Shown: in pieces, positions 1-8,336 of the stretch
How positions within the stretch are numbered: position 1 is the first letter of the stretch
Layout of the letters: each line of letters opens with the position of its first letter
From: Candidatus Hadarchaeales archaeon
Lineage (GTDB): Archaea > Hadarchaeota > Hadarchaeia > Hadarchaeales > WYZ-LMO6
Direction: 5' to 3'
Assembly (NCBI GenBank): GCA_038851755.1
Contig: JAWCKR010000005.1
Span: 5,819 to 69,818 of the forward strand
DNA: 64,000 bases
Translations under genes and position numbers: made by a program
Notes under the pieces: model-generated
Told to the model about the DNA's origin: nothing
The model's input: only the letters and a program-made list of their open reading frames with translations
Database searches by the model: none

Positions 1-194
1 CTGCTCATCCCCAGCCTGCGGAAGGCGTGAAGCCAGTTGGGCCTCACCAGGAAGATCTCCAGGTTCCTGGGTACCTTCCCCGGAAAGGGGCTGACCTCCT
101 CCAGCCTCCTCCAGATGTCCGTCAGCCCGCTCTCCTCCACCCACTTCCTCCACTCCCCCTCCTGCCTCCTGCTCCTCTCCTCCATCCTCTCCAT
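1..194 (-). CDS. hypothetical protein, 3' part runs off window
   Basis: Manual translation MERMEERSRRQEGEWRKWVEESGLTDIWRRLEEVSPFPG..., open to the window edge, starts 3 nt after the stop of the upstream ORF. Confidence 0.6.
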   Translation of the reverse strand, partial: MERMEERSRRQEGEWRKWVEESGLTDIWRRLEEVSPFPGKVPRNLEIFLVRPNWLHAFRRLGMS

Positions 195-197
195 CCT

Positions 198-563
198 TCA
201 CCTCCGCAGGCTGGAGGCCAGGAAGGGGAGAAGTCTCGCCCAGAGGGGGATGCTCCTGGAGAGGAGCCTGAACTTCCCCTTCGCCCTGATCTCCCTGTTG
301 ATCACCATCCACACCAGCTCCTCCTCCCCCCTCATCCTCCTCAGGCGAGCAAGGGGACCCGAGAGGACCATTTCCACCCCCTCCTTTGGGGGAGGGGACA
401 GGCGGGCCATCCTCCACCCGTCCATCTCCACCAGGACCCCCTTCCCGTCCAGGACCACCAGAACTCTCCCCCTGAACCCTCCTTTCCCTCCGAACCTGTG
501 GGAGTTCCACCTCGCCCTTACCCTCTCGTACCAGTCCTCTTTCGCTTGGGGGGGCACATACAC
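198..563 (-). CDS. hypothetical protein
   Basis: 121 aa ORF with genome-typical codon usage, divergent from 642 gene. Confidence 0.6.
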   Translation of the reverse strand: MYVPPQAKEDWYERVRARWNSHRFGGKGGFRGRVLVVLDGKGVLVEMDGWRMARLSPPPKEGVEMVLSGPLARLRRMRGEEELVWMVINREIRAKGKFRLLSRSIPLWARLLPFLASSLRR

Positions 564-641
564 ACATAGAAAACTCCAATATTAACCGTTGGGGGGGCAG
601 GAGGGGCGCGATAAGGTTAAATCCGTGGGGAGAAAAACGGG

Positions 642-1592
642 TTGTTTCGGATGCCCGTCCTCCGTTCCCTCATCCAGAGGCTGAAGACGTTCAAACCCCT
701 CCTCAGGAAGTCGTACATCTCGGAGCTGATGGGGATTGTGGGAAGCCGATCCCTGGAGGACGCCGGTTTCGTGGAGGTGGGCGGTAGGACGGTGGTGGTC
801 TCGTGCGATGGCATCCTGGAGGAGGTGGTGAGGGCCTTTCCCAGGCTGGCAGGCTACTACTCCGTGCTGGTCAACGTCCAGGACGTGGTGTGCAAGGGGG
901 CCAGGCCTCTGGGCTTCCTCTACGTGCTCTCCTCCTCCTCGCCCAGGGTGAGGAGGGAGATGACGGAGGGAATAAGGGAGGGTCTGGGGAAGTTCGGCCT
1001 GGAGTTCCTGAAGGCCCACACCCATCCGGACACCTCCTACGACGCCGTGGACGGGATGTGCGTGGGCCTCGCCAGAAAGGTTCTGAGGAGCAACACGGCG
1101 AGGGCGGGGGAGCACCTCCTGCTCGCGGTGGACCTGAAGGGGACCTTCAGAAAAGGGGAGCTCTTCAACGCGCTGGACTCCGTGAGGGAGAGGAGCAGGA
1201 AGGAGGTGCTCAGGCAGGTGGAGGGAATGGTGAAGGTGGCGGAGGGCGGCCTGGCCTCCGCCTCGAAGGACGTGAGCGCCCCGGGCATCGTGGGGACCGC
1301 GGCCATGCTGTGCGAGTACAGCGGGGTGGGGGCGGTGCTGGAACTGGACCGAATTCCCCTTCCAGAGGGAGTGGGGATGGAGGAGTGGCTCCTCACCTAC
1401 CCCAGCACCTGCTACCTCCTCACCTCCTCCCGCCCGGAGAGGTGCCTGAAAACGCTGAGGGCCCACGGGCTGGAGGCCGAGAGGGTGGGGGAGATCACTA
1501 GGGAGAGAAAAGTGGTCCTCAGGCTGGGAGGGAAGGAAGAGACCTTCCTGGACCTGAGGAAGGAATCCGTCTTCGGCTTCAAGCGAACCTGA
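642..1592 (+). CDS. AIR synthase/PurM-like protein (methanogenesis marker 2-like)
   Basis: EDAGF, VVSCDGI, GYYSVLVNVQDV, HTHPD, SKDVSAPGIVGT motifs. Confidence 0.8.
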   Translation: MFRMPVLRSLIQRLKTFKPLLRKSYISELMGIVGSRSLEDAGFVEVGGRTVVVSCDGILEEVVRAFPRLAGYYSVLVNVQDVVCKGARPLGFLYVLSSSSPRVRREMTEGIREGLGKFGLEFLKAHTHPDTSYDAVDGMCVGLARKVLRSNTARAGEHLLLAVDLKGTFRKGELFNALDSVRERSRKEVLRQVEGMVKVAEGGLASASKDVSAPGIVGTAAMLCEYSGVGAVLELDRIPLPEGVGMEEWLLTYPSTCYLLTSSRPERCLKTLRAHGLEAERVGEITRERKVVLRLGGKEETFLDLRKESVFGFKRT

Positions 1593-2316
1593 TCCCGAAG
1601 ACCTTCTCCGCGTTCCCCGTGGTGAGGCTGGCCACCTCCTCCGGGTCCAGGCCCTTGAGCTCCGAGAGGGCCCTGAGGCTCCTCACCACGTCACCCGGTC
1701 TGGCTTCCTTCCCCCCGTACTTCACGGGGGAGTCCGTCTCCAGCAGGATTCGCTCCACCGGGCAAGCCCTCAGGGCGTTGCGGTGGGGGGGACTGTACTC
1801 CAGGGCGGGGGTGGCGGAGAGGTAGTGTCCCAGGTCCAGGATCTCCCCCACCAGCTCCTCCGGCCCCGAGTACCAGTGGAAGACGGAGGGGGGGAGGTCC
1901 CGCCCCCTCAGCTCCTCCAGCACCTCGCGCCAGGCCCAGCGGGTGTGGAGGAGGAGGGGCTTCCCGTACTCCTCAGCCACCTTCACCACCTCCCTCAGCA
2001 CCCCGCGCTGCAGCTCGGGGGGTTTGGGGATTTTCAAATCCATCCCCACCTCCCCCAGCGCCACGACCTCCCCCGCGTGCTCCCTCAGAAACTCCAGCTC
2101 ACCCCTGGGCTCAGGGGAAAGGGACCAGGGGTGCAGACCCACCGCCGGAAGGACGAACCCACCGTGTTCTCTCCCCAGCCTCAGGGTCTCCAGGTTGGAG
2201 TCCCTGTCCATGCCCACGGCGACCACGGCGACCACCCCCGACCCCCTTGCCTCCTCCAGCTCCCTCGCCAGCTCTGGAATTTCGTTCAGATGGGAGTGAG
2301 TGTCCACCAGCTTCAA
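1579..2316 (-). CDS. tatD: TatD family hydrolase
   Basis: DTHSHL, GLHPW, GEVGMD, LLETDSP. Confidence 0.92.
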   Translation of the reverse strand: MKLVDTHSHLNEIPELARELEEARGSGVVAVVAVGMDRDSNLETLRLGREHGGFVLPAVGLHPWSLSPEPRGELEFLREHAGEVVALGEVGMDLKIPKPPELQRGVLREVVKVAEEYGKPLLLHTRWAWREVLEELRGRDLPPSVFHWYSGPEELVGEILDLGHYLSATPALEYSPPHRNALRACPVERILLETDSPVKYGGKEARPGDVVRSLRALSELKGLDPEEVASLTTGNAEKVFGIRFA

Positions 2317-2362
2317 CGGGAAAAGAGGGGGTGACGGAAGGAAAAAGGTTGCGGGGCAAAAA

Positions 2363-3562
2363 TCAGAAGGTCTTCGTTATGTCCCTTCCCAGCATCAGCC
2401 TGGCGATGGCGTTCTTCTGGACCTCCTTCGTCCCCTCGATGAGCTCCAAGCACTTCGCGAACCTGTACCAGCGGTCGATGTCGCTCTCCACGTACCCGTA
2501 CCCCGCCATCACGTCCATGGCCAGGTCACAGGCCTGGACCGCCGTCCTGGCCCCGAACCACTTCGCCATGGAGGCCATCTTCACGGACTCCTCCCCGTAC
2601 ACCGCCGGGTTCTCCCTGGCCTTCTGCACCAACCAGGCGGTGCGGAAGCAGTGGGCCTTCAGCATCTCCACCTGCGTGGCCATCTCCACCAGCCTGAAGG
2701 CGAGGGCCTGGAAGCCCCCTATCTTCCTCCCGAAGGCCTCCCTCTCTCCCGCGTAGGAGATGGCCCTCTCCAGGGCTGCCTCGGCCGTGGCCAGACCCTG
2801 CCATCCCACGGCTGCCCTGGTCACGTCCAGGAACATGAGGCCCAGGTAGAAGCCCTTGTTCAGGTTGGAGGGTCCTCCCAGGATGTCGTTGTCCGTGACC
2901 CTCACGTCGTTGAACCTGACCTCGCAGGTGGGGGAGGCCAGCCAGCCCATCTTGTCCTCGTACTTCCTGGCCTCGATGGCATCGGACCTCTCTATCACGA
3001 ACTCGGTCTGGCCCCTGTAGGGCCGGTCCACCTTGGTGTCCGTCTGGACGAGGGTCACGAACACGGAGGCGGTGGTCCCGTTGGTGATGAACTGCTTGGT
3101 GCCGTTGATCACCCACTCGTTACCCTTCCTCTCCGCCCTGGTGTCAAGCACGCGGGCGATGTCGCTCCCTCCCCCGGGCTCCGTGAAGCACCCTGCCGAG
3201 GTGATCTCACCCTTCGCCAGCCTGGGGAGCCACTTGGCCTTCTGCTCGTGGGTCCCAGACTCCGCGATCATGTCCGCCCCGAAGATCCCCGCCAGCACGG
3301 CCGCGCTCACGGGTGGGTCCGCCTTCACGAGCTCGTACGTCACCAGCATGGCATCCAGGAAGGAAACACCCTGCCCCCCGTACTCCTGGGGCCAGGTCAT
3401 CCCCAGGAAGCCCTGCTGGCCGCACTTCCTGTAGATCTCCCAGGGGAACTCGTGCTTCTGCTCGAGCTCCTTCGCCTTGGGCTGGATCTCCTTGAGGGCG
3501 AACTCCCTCGCCGTTTGCTGGATGAGCTTCTGCTCCTCCGTCAGTTCAAAATCCAGAGGCAC
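2363..3562 (-). CDS. acyl-CoA dehydrogenase
   Basis: FTEPGGGSD, INGTKQFITNG, REAFGRKIGGFQ, IEGTKEVQK. Confidence 0.93.
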   Translation of the reverse strand: MPLDFELTEEQKLIQQTAREFALKEIQPKAKELEQKHEFPWEIYRKCGQQGFLGMTWPQEYGGQGVSFLDAMLVTYELVKADPPVSAAVLAGIFGADMIAESGTHEQKAKWLPRLAKGEITSAGCFTEPGGGSDIARVLDTRAERKGNEWVINGTKQFITNGTTASVFVTLVQTDTKVDRPYRGQTEFVIERSDAIEARKYEDKMGWLASPTCEVRFNDVRVTDNDILGGPSNLNKGFYLGLMFLDVTRAAVGWQGLATAEAALERAISYAGEREAFGRKIGGFQALAFRLVEMATQVEMLKAHCFRTAWLVQKARENPAVYGEESVKMASMAKWFGARTAVQACDLAMDVMAGYGYVESDIDRWYRFAKCLELIEGTKEVQKNAIARLMLGRDITKTF

Positions 3563-3731
3563 GTTTTTTTTCCTCTCCGCCCTTTAAAAAATTTTCTATG
3601 CTTCCGGTCCAGGTCATCACCCGCACCGTCGGGACCTGCTCCGGCGGACCCGGAGCCCCTTCCCCTCCTGGAGCGAGTGATCCAGCCTCTCCTGCGATGA
3701 CGTTAAATAGAGGGGAGAGGAAGGGATTCAC

Positions 3732-3956
3732 GTGAAGAGGAGAGTCGAGGAGATCCTGAACCAGCTCCGTCCCGAGCTCCAGGCCCACGGGGGAGACGTG
3801 GAGCTGGTGGAGGTCACTAAGGATAACCTGGTGAAGGTGAGGCTCACGGGGGCCTGCGCGGGCTGCCCCATGTCCACCCTCACGCTGGCCATGGGTGTGG
3901 AGAGAGCCCTGAAGAGAGAAATCCCTGAGGTAAAGGGAGTGGTAGCCGTTCCTTGA
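3732..3956 (+). CDS. NifU C-terminal (Nfu-type) Fe-S carrier
   Basis: LRPELQAHGGDVELV, GACAGCPMS. Confidence 0.92.
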   Translation: MKRRVEEILNQLRPELQAHGGDVELVEVTKDNLVKVRLTGACAGCPMSTLTLAMGVERALKREIPEVKGVVAVP

Positions 3957-4120
3957 GGGGGAGGAGCCTGTCTGGAGAGGTGCTGGTCTGTCCGAAATGC
4001 AAGTTCAGGTTCAGCAAGTCCTACGCCAGGATAACGGCCTGCCGCGGCTGCACCCTCTCGGTCTCCTCCTGCTCCAGCATCAAGTGCCCAAGGTGCGAGC
4101 ACGAGTTCCCCTTGAGGTGA
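3953..4120 (+). CDS. small Cys-rich protein (55 aa, not in ORF track)
   Basis: TTG overlapping the Nfu stop; ...VLVCPKCKFRFSKSYARITACRGCTLSVSSCSSIKCPRCEHEFPLR; start could be 3968 or 3980. Confidence 0.75.
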   Translation: MRGRSLSGEVLVCPKCKFRFSKSYARITACRGCTLSVSSCSSIKCPRCEHEFPLR

Positions 4121-4133
4121 TGGGGGATAGGGG

Positions 4134-4934
4134 ATGGAGAGCAGGACCGAGGACCGCCTGAAGGAGAGGATGTCCAGGATCAGGCACAAGGTGGCGGTGC
4201 TCAGCGGTAAGGGTGGGGTGGGGAAGAGCACCTTCACCGCCAACCTGGCCCTCGCCCTCTCGGTGAGGGGCCACCGGGTGGGCATCCTGGACGCCGACCT
4301 CCACGGCCCCAGCATCCCCAAGCTCCTGGGCATGAGGGGAAGGAGGATGGAGGGAGGAACCCCCGTGGAGGGTCCAGCGGGGTTGAAGGTGGTCTCCCTG
4401 GACTTCCTCCTACCGGACGACAGCACGCCCCTGATCTGGAGGGGACCGATCAAGGCGATGGCCATAAGGCAGCTGCTGGAGGAGGTCGAGTGGGGTGAGC
4501 TGGACCTCCTCCTCATCGACCTCCCCCCGGGCACCGGGGACGAGCCCCTGAGCATAATACAGGAACTCCCCGAGATGGACGGGGTCCTCATCCTCACCTC
4601 CCCCTCCGAACTCTCCGCCTTGGTGGTGGGAAGGGCCGTGGGCTTCGCCAGGAAGATGGGCGTGAGGATCCTGGGGATAGCGGAGAACCTGAGCGGGTTC
4701 ACCTGCCCCAGGTGCGGGGAAACCGTGAGGATCTTCGGGGAGGGAGGGGGAAGGAAGATGGCCGGGGAGCTCGGGGTGCCCTTCCTGGGCGAGGTCCCCC
4801 TGGACCCGCACCTCTCCGAAGACTCGGACCGGGGTGAGCCCTTCGTCCTGAAGAGGCCAGAGGCCCCCGCTGCAAAAGCCTTCCTGGAGCTCGCCGGAAG
4901 GCTGGAGCAGGAGCTGGGGCTGAAAAGGCTTTAG
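4134..4934 (+). CDS. apbC: Mrp/ApbC/NBP35 Fe-S cluster carrier ATPase
   Basis: SGKGGVGKST, DADLHGPSIP, DLPPGTGD, CPRC. Confidence 0.93.
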   Translation: MESRTEDRLKERMSRIRHKVAVLSGKGGVGKSTFTANLALALSVRGHRVGILDADLHGPSIPKLLGMRGRRMEGGTPVEGPAGLKVVSLDFLLPDDSTPLIWRGPIKAMAIRQLLEEVEWGELDLLLIDLPPGTGDEPLSIIQELPEMDGVLILTSPSELSALVVGRAVGFARKMGVRILGIAENLSGFTCPRCGETVRIFGEGGGRKMAGELGVPFLGEVPLDPHLSEDSDRGEPFVLKRPEAPAAKAFLELAGRLEQELGLKRL

Positions 4935-7354
4935 AAGAACCTCCCCAGCCTGGTCTGCTCCCCACCCGGTGAGCGCAGGTCCTCCTCCCTGTATCCCAGC
5001 ACCTCCATGATCCTCATCACGGCGGGGAGGACCTGGTGCTCCACGTAGTAGCTGGCGTCGTACTCCATCCTCTCCGGGTCGAAGTCCTCCACGGGGGTGG
5101 CCCTGTCGCTTATGCTCCCCGGCCCCTTCACCTCCACGTAGGCTATCATGGTCCCGGGCTCCACCGGATAACCTTTCTTCCTGAGCTTCTTGGCCGCCAC
5201 CACGTGCGGCCCTATCGCCCTGTAGCTCTCTATGGGCATCTTGAGCTGGGTGTAGATCACCAGGTCCTCCAGCCCCACCTTCCCCCCCTGCAGCTCCCTC
5301 ACCACCCTCTTGATGATCTCCGCAGCCTTCCTGGGCGATCCCTCCCTAAGGATGGCGTCCAGCACCTCCTGCTGGGTGCGCTTGGCCACGGCCGCCCAGT
5401 CCCTGCGCACGAACTCCAGACCCTTCACGATGAGCCTCCCCTCCTCGTCCACCAGGGCGTACCTCTTCTTGGTGATGAAGACCCCCCTCGGGTAGAAGCC
5501 CTCCAGCTCCAGCTCCATCACCCCGGGCAGCTCCCTGTTCACCTCCTCCAGGAACCTCAGGATCTCCTTCCTGCTCTTCCCCCCCGTCCTGCAGTAGAGG
5601 CCGTCGGTATCGGCGTACACCACCTCCATCCCCTCCCTCTCCGCCCTCGCTATCGTCTGGTGGATGTAGTGTCTGCCCAGGCTGGTGATGCTCTCCGCGC
5701 ACTCCTTGGAGTACCACCTGGCCCTGGCGTACCCGAACATGCCGTAGAAGGAGTTGGAAACGATCTTCAGGGCCATCTGGCGGCTGTCCAGCTCCAGGTA
5801 CTCGGGGGTTCCGGGCCTCAGCTTCTTCAGTTCCTTCTTCAGCTCCGCCCTCCTCTCTATCAGCCGTTCCAGGATGGAGGGGACGAAGCCCTTCCTCTTC
5901 CTGCAGAACCTGTAGCCCAGCTCAGGGACCACCGTGGCCTCCTCCGGGCCGCAGCAGTCGCAGTTCAGGGTGGAGGGGTCTATGTTGTGGGAGACGATGA
6001 TGCTGGGGTACAGCGACCTGAAGTCGAAGGCCACCAGGTCCTCGTGCAGCCCGCGCTTGGGCTCCATCACGTAGGCTCCCGCGTAGGTCTCCTCCATCCT
6101 CTCCCCGTACTCCTCACCCCTGGGCCTCGGGGGGACCAGCTCCCCTCGTCCGAAGGCCTCCCTTATGAGCAGCCACTCCACCAGCTGACCGGGGGTCATC
6201 CTGCTCACGTCGAAGAGGGTCTGACCCACCAGCCTGGTGAGCTCCCGGAAGAGGGGGAGGAAGGCCAGACCCAGCTCCAGGGTGGCCTCGGCGTCCGAGA
6301 GGGAGTACTCCAGCAGGCGCTTCAGTTCCTCCCCTCCCCTCTCCCACGCCCTGGCTATCCCCCCCATCTCGAAGTCGGGTTTTTCCTTTCCCAGCACGTG
6401 CCTGTACACGTCCTCCAGGGTGTAGTGGATGAGCCTGATGGCCCCTATGGTGGCCAGGAAGCTCACCATGGCGTACACGTCCACATGCACCCTCCCCGGC
6501 ACCCGGGTGGCGGTGGCGAACTTCCTTCTCCTGGTCCTGGCCCCTCCCCCCTCCCTCCCCAGCGCCAGGTCCACCCCCAGCCTCCTCGCCCTCTCCCTGA
6601 GATAGGGGAAGTCGAAGAAGTCGGTGTTGTACCCCAGGAGGAGATCCACCTCCCTCTCCCGCACGAGCTCCACGAACCTCTCCAGCATCTCCCTCTCGCT
6701 CCCCACCACCTCCACGAACTCCGGAGCCCCCTCCACCTCCTTCCATGTCAGGACCTTCCTGAAGCCGCCGGGCGCCGCCAGGCTTATCATGATCACCGGA
6801 TCCCTGTCCGACCTGGGGATCCCGGCGGGGTTGTGGACCTCGATGTCGAAGCTCATCACCTCCAGCTCCTGAGGGTGCTCCGGCCCAGGCTCTGGGGGGC
6901 GGGAGGCCAGGACCACGCCCTCCCTCCTCTCCCCCTCCACCCTCACCCCCTCCAGGGGTACCATCCCCCTCTCGATCAGGTACTGCCGGGCGAGGGGGAG
7001 GTCGAAACCGTAGAACTCCTTCACCCCCGGGAGTTCCCGGATGGCGTGCCTGAGGGGGGTGAGGTGCCTGGGACTCTCCAGGAAGACCCGCACCGCCTCC
7101 ACCTCCTTTCCCAGCAGCCCCCTCCTCACCACCTCCACCCTCTTCGGCCTGAGGGTCTCCCCCTTCTCCGTCACCTCCACCTTGGAAACCAGCTTGGCCG
7201 CCCTCTGGGGGTCCTCGGCGGTGAAGTAGAAGGAGGGCTCAAAGCTCGGGTCCTGCACCACCTCCACCTTCCCCCCGCGCTTGAGGTAGAGGGCCAGGGA
7301 AGGGAGTCCCTCCTCAGCCTGATCCACGTCCAGGAGAAGACCTTCGAGGATCAT
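4931..7354 (-). CDS. polB: family B DNA polymerase (PolB3 type)
   Basis: Exo motifs FDIE, YNTDFFD, YSLSDA; pol motifs DFRSLYPS, KIVSNSFYG, YADTDG; C-terminal PIP box QTRLGRFF; start moved to MILEG behind a GGAG site. Confidence 0.96.
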   Translation of the reverse strand: MILEGLLLDVDQAEEGLPSLALYLKRGGKVEVVQDPSFEPSFYFTAEDPQRAAKLVSKVEVTEKGETLRPKRVEVVRRGLLGKEVEAVRVFLESPRHLTPLRHAIRELPGVKEFYGFDLPLARQYLIERGMVPLEGVRVEGERREGVVLASRPPEPGPEHPQELEVMSFDIEVHNPAGIPRSDRDPVIMISLAAPGGFRKVLTWKEVEGAPEFVEVVGSEREMLERFVELVREREVDLLLGYNTDFFDFPYLRERARRLGVDLALGREGGGARTRRRKFATATRVPGRVHVDVYAMVSFLATIGAIRLIHYTLEDVYRHVLGKEKPDFEMGGIARAWERGGEELKRLLEYSLSDAEATLELGLAFLPLFRELTRLVGQTLFDVSRMTPGQLVEWLLIREAFGRGELVPPRPRGEEYGERMEETYAGAYVMEPKRGLHEDLVAFDFRSLYPSIIVSHNIDPSTLNCDCCGPEEATVVPELGYRFCRKRKGFVPSILERLIERRAELKKELKKLRPGTPEYLELDSRQMALKIVSNSFYGMFGYARARWYSKECAESITSLGRHYIHQTIARAEREGMEVVYADTDGLYCRTGGKSRKEILRFLEEVNRELPGVMELELEGFYPRGVFITKKRYALVDEEGRLIVKGLEFVRRDWAAVAKRTQQEVLDAILREGSPRKAAEIIKRVVRELQGGKVGLEDLVIYTQLKMPIESYRAIGPHVVAAKKLRKKGYPVEPGTMIAYVEVKGPGSISDRATPVEDFDPERMEYDASYYVEHQVLPAVMRIMEVLGYREEDLRSPGGEQTRLGRFF

Positions 7355-7386
7355 CACTCCTGAGTGCCCCTGGGACCAAAAAAAAG

Positions 7387-7619
7387 TGGCGGGGATTTCG
7401 ACCCGTCCGCTACTCTTTGGACGGAACCCCGAACCTCGACCACTTTCAGGGCACCGCCCTTTTTTCACGTCCCGGGTCTGTCTCCCGCGATAGGTGCATC
7501 GCACCGACCTCCCCGGTGCCTATCCGCCGCCTTCCCGGGTTTTTACCCCGGTTTTTCGGCGGCTCCCCGTTGCCCTTAGGCTCCGGTTCTGCCCCTCTCG
7601 CGGGCTTCCATCCCCGCCA
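7387..7619 (-). ncRNA. candidate large structured ncRNA, family unassigned
   Basis: 10-bp terminal stem (UGGCGGGGAU/AUCCCCGCCA), several nested helices, TTAAAA box about 25 nt upstream, T-run directly downstream. Confidence 0.75.
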
Positions 7620-7700
7620 ATCATCTATCCTACCTGGCTTCTTTTAAGAGTTGTTCACCCAGAATGTGATATTCCAACCCTCAAGATATCTCCGGGTAGA

Positions 7701-8336
7701 CTATATGGAAGATTTTGAGAGGTGTGGTTTCACCTCGTAGGCGGAGGGGAAGACCCCTGCGGGACCCTCGGGGGGGATCTTCCCGGTGGGGCAGGCCCTG
7801 GAGCAGTAGCCACAGAGCTTGCAGTACTCCGTCTTGTCCGGGAAGAGGGACACCAGGCGATTCACCCCCCTGCCCACGAAGGTCAGCACCCCGTCCTGGG
7901 TGACCGAGGAGCAGGTGCGCACGCAGAGACCGCACAGGATGCACTGCTCTTCCTTCTTCCCCACCCTGTTAGCAAACCTGGAGGGGTCGGCACCGTGCTC
8001 CCGGACCATCCGCCAGAAGTGGCTCCCCTCCTTCAGCGGCAGTCCCCTGAGGGAGGCCAGCTCAAGCAGGGTCTTTCTGAGCAGGTGCAGCTCCGGGTTC
8101 CGTGTCGTGACCTTCAGGCCCTCCTCGGCGGGGTAGGAGCATGAGGCCACGATCCTCTTTCTCCCCTCCCTCTCGATCTCCACGCTGCATACCCTGCAGG
8201 CCCCGTAGGGCTCCAGCCCCTCCCCCTGGCACAGGGCGGGGATTTCTATCCCCCCTCCCCTGGCCGCCTCCAGGAGGGTCATGCCTTCCCTGGCCCTCAC
8301 GACCTTCCCGTCGATTTCCAGCGTGACCTCCTTCAC
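7701..8336 (-). CDS. NuoG/HoxU-like Fe-S subunit ([2Fe-2S] plus 2x[4Fe-4S])
   Basis: [37 protein letters not shown]. Confidence 0.88.
   Translation of the reverse strand: MKEVTLEIDGKVVRAREGMTLLEAARGGGIEIPALCQGEGLEPYGACRVCSVEIEREGRKRIVASCSYPAEEGLKVTTRNPELHLLRKTLLELASLRGLPLKEGSHFWRMVREHGADPSRFANRVGKKEEQCILCGLCVRTCSSVTQDGVLTFVGRGVNRLVSLFPDKTEYCKLCGYCSRACPTGKIPPEGPAGVFPSAYEVKPHLSKSSI

Noticed and set aside
5036-7363. Long antisense ORFs here and throughout the window
   Set aside because: Shadow frames caused by GC-rich codon bias opposite clear genes
7355-7504. N-terminal extension of PolB in the ORF track
   Set aside because: It runs through the structured RNA and T-tract; homology begins at MILEG
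7387-7640. Calling the structured RNA RNase P RNA or tmRNA/tRNA-like
   Set aside because: Fragments such as AUAGAUGAUUG, CAGAACCGG and a 3' GGGUCGAAAUCCC..CCA are reminiscent, but the GAGGAAAGUCC P4 strand is missing, the element order is wrong, and the T-arm-like stem is only 3 bp and competes with the terminal helix
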